Shown: positions 55,296 to 64,000 of the stretch, piece after piece | How the letters are laid out: each line of letters begins with the position of its first letter | How positions within the stretch are numbered: position 1 is the first letter of the stretch | Assembly: GCA_904063045.1 (NCBI GenBank) | Contig: CAJFCJ010000007.1 | Location: 1,112,819 to 1,176,818, forward strand | Direction of reading: 5' to 3' | Origin: Dimorphilus gyrociliatus | Lineage: Eukaryota; Animalia; Annelida | Length of the DNA stretch: 64,000 nt | Translations under genes and position numbers: made by a program | The notes under the pieces: model-generated | Databases searched by the model: none | The model's input: the letters and a program-made list of their open reading frames with translations, nothing else | What the model was told of the DNA's origin: nothing

Positions 55296-57440
55296 CATCT
55301 TACGTCATACTCAATATGTTGTCACTACTCGGACATATATAGTATAGTGTATACTGGTTTTATAAGCGTATTAAAACGAACGAGAGTATTAAAAGAAAAA
55401 AAAGTAGGGGGAGGGTGTTCGAGAATAAAAAATGTACTTTCCCGCGCGAAAAAATAGATCATTTTTCTTAAACATCTGTCATCGTTCGATTGTCATAAAA
55501 GCTACAAGATGCAGATGCCGAAGCAGTATTCAACGCGATTTACGTTTGTTTTACGGCGGACGGTGTAGAACCTGATATTTCAATTATGTACAACATTTTT
55601 TTCCTCTACTGTTTACTTGCTGATTTATGTCTGATATGAGTTCAAGATGGTCGAATTGCGTGCAAAATATGGAATTGTGTTGGAAGTGGTATAAGAAGTA
55701 CAGGGAAGAGTGTGTTGTTGTATATGTGTGTGGAATAGTAAGGGAGATGAGTAGGGTCAGGATTGGCGGAGGGGGTAGGGAGAGAGGGGGCAGCAAGGGG
55801 GGGGTAGGGAGGAGAGGAGGGGGGTTTAAAGAAAAAAAAAGGGGGGTAGGGGGGCTTGGGATACAATAAAGAAGGGGTAGAAAAAAAGAGGGGGGGAATG
55901 AGATAGAGAAAGAGAGAAGGTTTTCTTGGATGATGAGGGGGAGTATACAAATGAGATATCTTGAAAGAGAGTTGAGTGAAGAGGTGATGGAATTAGGTGG
56001 TAGGATTAAATTAATAAACTATAAACTTATAAATTAATTATTTACTTAAATTAAAAAAAAAAAAGAAAAAAAAACATTGGAATTATTAACTATATAGGTT
56101 ATTTTCTTTGGCGCGGTTGGCGCGCTTTTCGGTCGAAAATTTAATTAGCTAGAGCTAGTACTATGCGCTAGCGGCGGTATGTATAACTAATACTAATAGT
56201 AAGAAATCGAAGGAATTGAAATAAGAGGGATCTGGACTAAGCGATGGGAGGAGGGAATCAATGGTAGTCGAGTCGCAGGTGCGTTTATAGAAGGGCAGCA
56301 TAATTCTGAGATTTGTGACTCTCCTGAGAAAATGATGCGCGATTCTATAGCGAGAACAAACTGAAATCGTAGCTTGTTTACATTGGCAGTCGGCGTAGGC
56401 TTTAACGGCATTTTATTGGAGGCGGCTTTCGTAAAAATGCAAACAATAACGACTTGAGGAACGAGTTCATATTCGAAAGTTTTTCTTTTCTCCTTTTCCA
56501 ATATAATGTATAAATAAAAAAAATACCTAAAATATACATAAATACTTTCATACGATGGCTGGCTTTTATAATGGTGAAAGTTTGGAAAATATTTAATTCG
56601 AATGGAATTTCGCCTCTTACGTAATCGTGCCGTAGCTCGGTCATATTGGCGTCATATTTAACAATCAGCCTAAATTACGCCGCTTACCGTCCGTTCTTTG
56701 TATGGCGAAAAAAATCGCGTAATATTACGCAATATTCGAAATGCGCGTGTTTTTTTCGCTTTAAAATAAAAAAAAAAAAGAAAAGAATAAAGAATAAAAC
56801 AAAAGAATAAAAGAATAAAAGAACGAAAGAAAAGAATGTCGAAGGAGGAGGAAAAAAAAAAAAAAACAAAAAAAAAAAAATTTAATGAGTAAAAAGAAAA
56901 AAAAATAGAAAGAAGAAGGACGACGTTTGGCATTTTATCTATCTGTATGACCTTTCTACTTTTATATATATATATATAATAAATAAATATATATTTATAT
57001 AAAATTTTACATATTTGCGAATAATATATCTATATATATTTAGTATATATCTTTTATAAATTTGTATTTATATATAAATAATATAGACTTGACTTTTTTT
57101 CTCTTTTTAGATTGTAGTATTGTAATATTGAAAGTAAATAGTTTGTGGAGATTTATATATATATATATATCTATATACAAAGTAATTTACTTTGAAAAGT
57201 GCATCTATATATATTGAAATTTACGTTTTGTATAATTATTTAAATAAGGACATATGTACATGAATATACATATATATATATATATGTTTCGATCACTTGT
57301 ATATATGTATATATTGCAATATATATACATTTACGACGCATCTGTCAACTAAAAGGCGACAAGTTTATGCGAGCATTACCCCAAATACGCGCGTATATAT
57401 GCACGCTGTCGGTCGTCTTTGTTCTGGACAGCGGTCACGT

Positions 57441-57454
57441 CGCAGGTGGCGCTG
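57441..57454 (+). promoter_or_regulatory. CTCF-like motif CGCAGGTGGCGCTG
   Basis: Good match to the CTCF core, about 2.4 kb upstream of the spalt ATG. Confidence 0.45.
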
Positions 57455-60400
57455 CCTAAATATAAAAAACATGCCTTTTACCCGTAATATTACGTCATAT
57501 ATTGGGTCGGCTTGTATACGTATATTAGATAGTCATCTTAAAAAATTCGGCGTTTAACCGCCTCGAAAAGTCGGAAGGAATCAGCGCTTTTGCCTATCGA
57601 ACGCTTTATCTCTGATGCATAGCCCCGAATATATGTTAAAGTATATGCAGACGGTCTGCAGGGGATAGGGAATGGAATTTTTATGATTCGCCATTACTTA
57701 TCATGCAAGGCCATCTGTTTCATATCAGCCATAGTCTGAGATCTGTACTCAATCAAAACACCAATATTTCTGCTTTTATATATTTACGTATAGATTACGC
57801 AATTTCTGTCCGAAAATCCGGTTAGCGAGAGTCGGCTGCGGCATGCTTTGAACATTACTTTTCGAACGCAACTATTACGCAACCCTCCATTCTTTTTCCA
57901 CCCTCATTAACATGCAAATTCTTTTCCTATAATTGGCGCCGCAGACCTCTCTAGCCGACGGCGAAAAGTAGGAAGATGTTGTAAATCAAAACTGAAAAGG
58001 CAGGCCGTAAGTTTTGCAGATGTTTGCAGTTGGTGGAAAATTTTGCAGTGACGCGCTACCGTCAGCAGAAGACGTCAATCATACGCTGCGCTTTATAAAA
58101 CATGCGTACTAGACGACTATTGGCGGGCGCCAACTAGTTCATATTCATAATCATATTCATACAGCATAGCGTGGGTGAGGCCTATTCTACTTTATCATCC
58201 AATCAAAAAACGCCTTTCGCCGTCCTATTTCTTTCGTCTTTGTTACGTAATATAGATTAGAATAAATGTATAGGTTTTTCCAAAAGGTTTATACAGAACC
58301 GTTAAAACATGCATAGGCCTACAAATTAAAATAAAAATAAATTTTAAGAATATGTATTAAATAAAAAAAACAGTAATAAAAAGAAGAAAAAACAAGTCTA
58401 TTAGAAGTTAAAAACATATGTATATTTCGTAAAAAGCATTTTTTAACCTAAAAATTGTTTTATATATAAATGGCTTCTTCTCCATTCGTCAATCAATCCA
58501 TATTTCGTTTACCTTCTTTCTTTTATCACTTACATTTCTTTTCTTTCTATCTCTTTTGTTGCTTTTCGAAAAAGTACAAATATACACTTTAAATATATAT
58601 CTATATAAATACATGTATACATCTGTCAGGAAATATTTATTTAAATATGTATAATGTCTTATTTACTTTACTTTAATATTCCAAAAATACACCTACGTGT
58701 GTATGTTTAATTCTATTATACGTGTACAGTGTATTTATAAGACATAATCAAAGTAAAAATAGAGTATATAGATTGATTTAACAGGATTCAATGAATGACA
58801 GGAAAGACAGAAACAATAGTGGGAAGAGTGAGCGGGAAAATAGGTGGAAAAGGGAGAGAGAATGAAGAGGAAACGAGGCAGAAAAATATGTTCTTGAAAC
58901 ATTATATAAAGATGGTATATATACAAATTAGCGTAATCCAGTTCGATTAAACAGGCGACTATTCTAGCTTTGTTTATTTTCAATATATGCAGCGCGTATG
59001 AGGTCAACTTTTGACATTTAAAAAAGCGTGCTGCCCAACGAATAGCAGCTGCGTATTAAACAGTCCCGCCGCCATCTTTTTAGGGTATATAGACTACTTT
59101 TGCAGTACATATATCCATATCCGTAAACCTAATTAGACGTACATTCTACACCTATAAATAGTTATTTTAAAAGTCTTATATGACTCAAGTAAATGGAAAT
59201 CGTATAAATTTATGCATTGTTTGTAGGTTGTAAAATTTTTTTTTCCTTCTTTTTCAAAGTAATAAGCATAAACATATATATATTTAGAACGCAAAGAAGG
59301 AACTGTATTCCTCGAGCAAATTCCTACTGTACGATATTAGTTTTATTATGTTACGCGTGTGGTTTATATTGAGAACAAATTAATATTTAATGTATAAAAG
59401 TATATGTTGTATGTTTTCTTTAAGTGACGAATAAGTAAAATTAGGATAAAAGAATTCGTAAGTATTTTACTAGAAAATGGTAAATAGGAATGAGGAAGAG
59501 AATTTAGCGAAAAGGGAGAGGATGGGTTGGAATATATATATATATAAATATGTGTGGAGAGAAAAAGAGACAGTGAGAGAGAGAGAGAGAGAAAAAAAAA
59601 GCTAGGAGCGTAAAGAGTGTAGAGAAGAAAATCTTCTTCATATCGATTACAAAACGCGCGAATGGTTCGGACGACAACGCCCGACGCTCTCTCTGCCTAT
59701 AGAGGAAATCATCATGCACCTCACGACGCTACGACACTGATGCAGAACGTAATTACTGCAGAAATAATTGCAGTCCGCCTCACTCTACATTGCAGTGTCT
59801 ACTGCGCGCGTCGTCTAATTGATGCCGTCGCACGCCTTTCCTTTATCGGCCGACGTCTTTATCGCGACAGGTGTAAGGTGCATGTTGTACATGCTAGCTT
59901 ATGTAGCTCAGCGTGATTAAACAAATTTATTCAGTTTTATTGTTTATTTATAACAAAATCTATACTCAAGTAATTAGTCGTACCTTTGCAGTACATTTTA
60001 ATAAAATATCATTTTTTTTCAATCTTATTAATCTATGTATATACATAATAAGTCCTCTGCACGACATCATAAAAAACCAAATAATATACATATAAGAGAA
60101 CATATAAGAGAAAAAAAAAGAGAAAAAAACGCGCACCGATTGACGAGTCTTTTGTCTGCCTCATTGCAGTTTCTACCATTAATCAAAATTTCCTGCAGAC
60201 ATCTCATTGCTGATATTGATTGGCGGCTAATAGATGGTGCCGAGGTGCTTGTTTGCGCCACCAATGCACGCACCTTGCCCATTTCAGAACGGGTCGTCAT
60301 CTTGATAGATGTTCATTTCGATTTCAAATGTACTTTTTTTTTTCTTCCTAGTTGTTTTTCTCTCCTCATTTTTTTCATTTCTCTTCTTTTCTTCTTTCTC

Positions 60401-62082
60401 TCCTTCCTCTGTCCCCCCTCCCTCCCTTTCTTTCTCTCTCTCTCTCTCTCTCTCACTCTACTCTTTTACTCAACCTCTCTCCCTCTATCTAACTATCTAT
60501 CTGGCTCGCTACGTTTTCTTTTTCTTTATATCCCCCCGTCCCCCCCTTAAAACTTAGTCATTATTCCTATCATAGATTTTTTTTTTTTTAATTTTCGCCG
60601 ATCTCCTTCCAACCTTTCCCGCCCCTTTGCTACTACTCCATATACATACATAATGCATAGCGTATCTTTTACAATGAAACGTATATATACAGTATATAAT
60701 AAGCGTTAGTCTGTTACCTGTATATCATTTGTACTGTTTATGTACAGTATAATGGAAGTAATAGAGAAAAAAAATTAGATGTTTATGTTTATGCCATATG
60801 TATGGAGTTTTTACAATATTAATATTGTTAATATTATTAATATTACTATTAGTGCTATTTAAATAATTATGTGTAGTGTATCTTGATTCTTTACGCTTAT
60901 CCTTTCCACTATACATAAACCGATATCTCTCATCATGGCCGCCCGGCTAAACTCGTTAGCGACCATACTCGCTCCGACTAGACAAACTCGGCATCGCTCT
61001 TCTCTTTACATTTGCAGATCAATGATGACGTCAACGAAGTCTTAGAAGGCGCATTATAGATTATATTTGCAATTTATCTGACAATTTTCTACTCGGTCGT
61101 TTCCTTATCAGCATAATGTTTGCTTTTGCGATTTTTTTTCCTTCTCTTTTTTCCCCCATTCCACCTTACTAACCCTCTGATTTTTTTTGGCGCTATTTTC
61201 TTGTTTATTTTTTTTTACCATTGTCTTCCATTCTATCGATGTAGTCAATTCTAGAGCACAAACAATACAATAATTGTACAGCAATAATCGGTGTTGTATA
61301 AACAGCACTTGACCCGTTACAACGGCGTTGACAGGTTAGTTGATAGACTAAATACAATTAGCGAGTTGGCGTCGATGACGTGTATACAGCTGTATATATA
61401 CTTGAATGTGTATAAGCGCGTCTGTGTACATACAAATGTATACATTTATGCTATGTACCAAATAATTATACCTGTGTAGTCTTTTGTTTCGCCGTAATAG
61501 ACACGTATTCAATCTAAATGATCTCTAAATATTTCTTTTGAGTTTACTTTTTCGCTTCTTTCTTAATTTTCTTTCTTCGTTCTCCCCATTTTCTATCGTT
61601 CTTTCTTCATTTTCTGATAGGCGATTCCCTGTACCTTTTCTCCTTTTATTCTTGCTCTCTTTTTCCTTCGGCTTTCACCCCCCCTCGTTTACCTATAGAA
61701 ATGGGAAGGAAGAAAGAATTGAGCTGAGAATAAAAAGGTGAGAAAGACGTCAATCTAGATAATTAGAGATTATTATAGGCTTTATCGGTATGGAGAAGCC
61801 GACTAAAAAGTAACAATTAAATGGAAATATGATGCATTTCTACGTATAATCAGCCAGCCGTGATATAAAAGCAAATATGACAAGCGTCAAGTCTACTGCA
61901 AACACGATCGACGGCCCTTTGATGCGTTGCGTTCGGGCGCGAATTTCTTTGCAGTCGCCGCCCGCTGATAAATGCGTTTGGCATTTGAACGTTAGCAATA
62001 TGAATTTTCCGCAAATTACACACTACATCGAGCTCGACATAACAAACGCATAAAGGGAATGCATGAAAGAGCGAAAAGCTTA

Positions 62083-62084
<2 letters not shown>

Positions 62085-62116
<32 letters not shown>
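62085..62116. repeat. (CT)n microsatellite
   Basis: Pure CT run of ~16 units in the spalt upstream region. Confidence 0.9.
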
Positions 62117-62119
<3 letters not shown>

Positions 62120-64000
62120 CGCTCATTCTATATCTGACCGTCATTCTCTCAATTTTTATTCTCTAGTTTATTTTCTATTTATATATAGATCTTTCCGCTC
62201 TCTCCCCTCTCTCTCTCTCTCTCTTCGCTCCCTTCCTCTGTTTCTTATCCTATATATTTGTATGTCTCTCTCTCATTCTATTTGTCTCTGCGCGTTTCGC
62301 TTACTTCTTGTTTTTCTCCTATTTAGTTGATGTCCTTTTATAACTGACTCTTTCGAATAAACTCGAAGAAGCCGTCAACGAAAAAACGAAGATTTATAAT
62401 CTAATACCCCAAGCGCTGCAGAGCAAGAAGTCGTTCCCCCTTCTATTCCACCCTTACCCTCTCCCTCTAGTCGATATATGAAAATTAAATCCCACTATTA
62501 GATTGCTGTCAGGAAGAGGGTGTTCGCTGTCGGAACTCGAATGAACAAGTTGACCTCGCATGACCCGCCACTGTAAATACGCGTCGCTTTGAGTGATGGA
62601 TGCGTAAGGCGTCTAAAGTGACGCGGCTTTGTCGTCGACGGCAACCCGTCCGCAGCTTCCTATGTATGACAATGAAATATGGTTCTCGACTGATTTGTAT
62701 GGTAATCTATATATGTTTTGTGTTTTGATAAAAAGAAAGAAAACGTATCATTTATAAATTATATATAATTGTATCAATCCGATTGGCGTTAGCAAGTGCG
62801 TCGGAGGCTGTTGAATATTTGAAAGGGGCGGCAACTGGGCGGAAGCGAAACGTCCCCGGTGACAGTTGGATTGGCGATGAAATTAATGCTCATAGAATGT
62901 ACGTGCATGTGTACATGTCCTAGAATCCGTAATATTAATAAATATAAAGATATATAATATACACGCACCTTTATGAAATCGCATAACTGATAGAACAATA
63001 ATTATAAAAGCGCCACTGAAGCCTTTTAAGGCTGATGAAATGTCAGCTCTATTTGATTTACACTTGCAAACTGCGTAACCCTGCCGCCCCGATGCGGAAC
63101 GTACGCACGCACTGATGTATATTTTGTACATGCAACTATATAGTAATAAATCATAGAAGGCCTATAATTCAATCCATGCATCTTGCACATTACATAAACA
63201 GATATATTTCATTTATGTTGCGCATATACAAGTATATATATACATTGTTTTTAATTTATAACTCCCAATACATTAATATATCTATAAGCAATTATAACTG
63301 CCAAAGATATATATATATATGTATACAGTATATAAGTCGGTCGCAACAAATCTATTCATGTTAAGATTTGTCACTGATTCTATCTCATATAAGAATTTGT
63401 TAATATATGCATATATATGCAGATATGTATATATTAATTTATGTATATAGGCATATATTATATATAATAAGACGAATATGTACACGCCTCATTTCCACTC
63501 CCGCCTTATACAATCGGAATGTCATATTATGTAAATAGATACGATGGCGGTACAAAGAGAAAAATGATTTATGTATATACAAAAGCAGTTACACAATCGC
63601 GGAATGCCAAAATCCCCAAACTCTTCCATCATCTATAAAACATACAGACAAACTTTTCCAAACATCCTGATGTATAGTTGTGCGTATTTTGTAAAAATTT
63701 ACAATTAAACTTATTCATTAATTGTCAAATATATCATTTCTTTTGTTCTTTTCCTCATATATTTAGATGTATACATATATTGTAAATATATATATATATA
63801 TACACCTATATATACATAGTCATATGTTTTTTATATAATTAATCTTTTAAATGGAACAATACGAACTGTATATTTAAATAAATTTATATGTTTTCGATAT
63901 TCTATATAAAGGACATAAAAAAAAAGAAATACACAGTAGGCCTATAATCAAGAAAATTAATTGAAAAGATCGAGTATGAAACGCGGCTTTTAATTAATTT

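Overview
Eukaryotic (animal) nuclear DNA, AT-rich, with very short spliceosomal introns (mostly 53-290 bp, all GT-AG in my hand-built models). This suggests a compact invertebrate genome, probably a lophotrochozoan such as a miniature annelid; that assignment is inference only. Ten protein-coding genes could be reconstructed: a 17-finger C2H2 zinc-finger gene (-), two tandem ABCB1/P-glycoprotein paralogs (-), FoxC (+), hormone-sensitive lipase (-), a MORC3/4-type ATPase (-) head-to-head with ATP synthase beta (+), an intronless SLC28/CNT nucleoside transporter nested on the same strand inside ATP synthase beta intron 3, an alkaline phosphatase gene encoding two complete catalytic domains in one reading frame (+), and AXDND1 (-). 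An eleventh gene, spalt/SALL (-), completes the set. Housekeeping genes are tightly packed, while FoxC and spalt sit in large non-coding, microsatellite-rich landscapes bracketed by CTCF-like motifs. Most interesting: the two-domain alkaline phosphatase with modular splicing potential; the nested divergent CNT that could borrow the ATP synthase beta mitochondrial targeting exon; mosaic gene conversion between the ABCB paralogs (NBDs near-identical, TMDs diverged); a shared kappaB/CCAAT promoter module; and a candidate structured RNA in ATP synthase beta intron 4. No rRNA, tRNA, CRISPR array or recognisable transposon ORF was found. All exon models were read by eye and have not been checked against transcripts.
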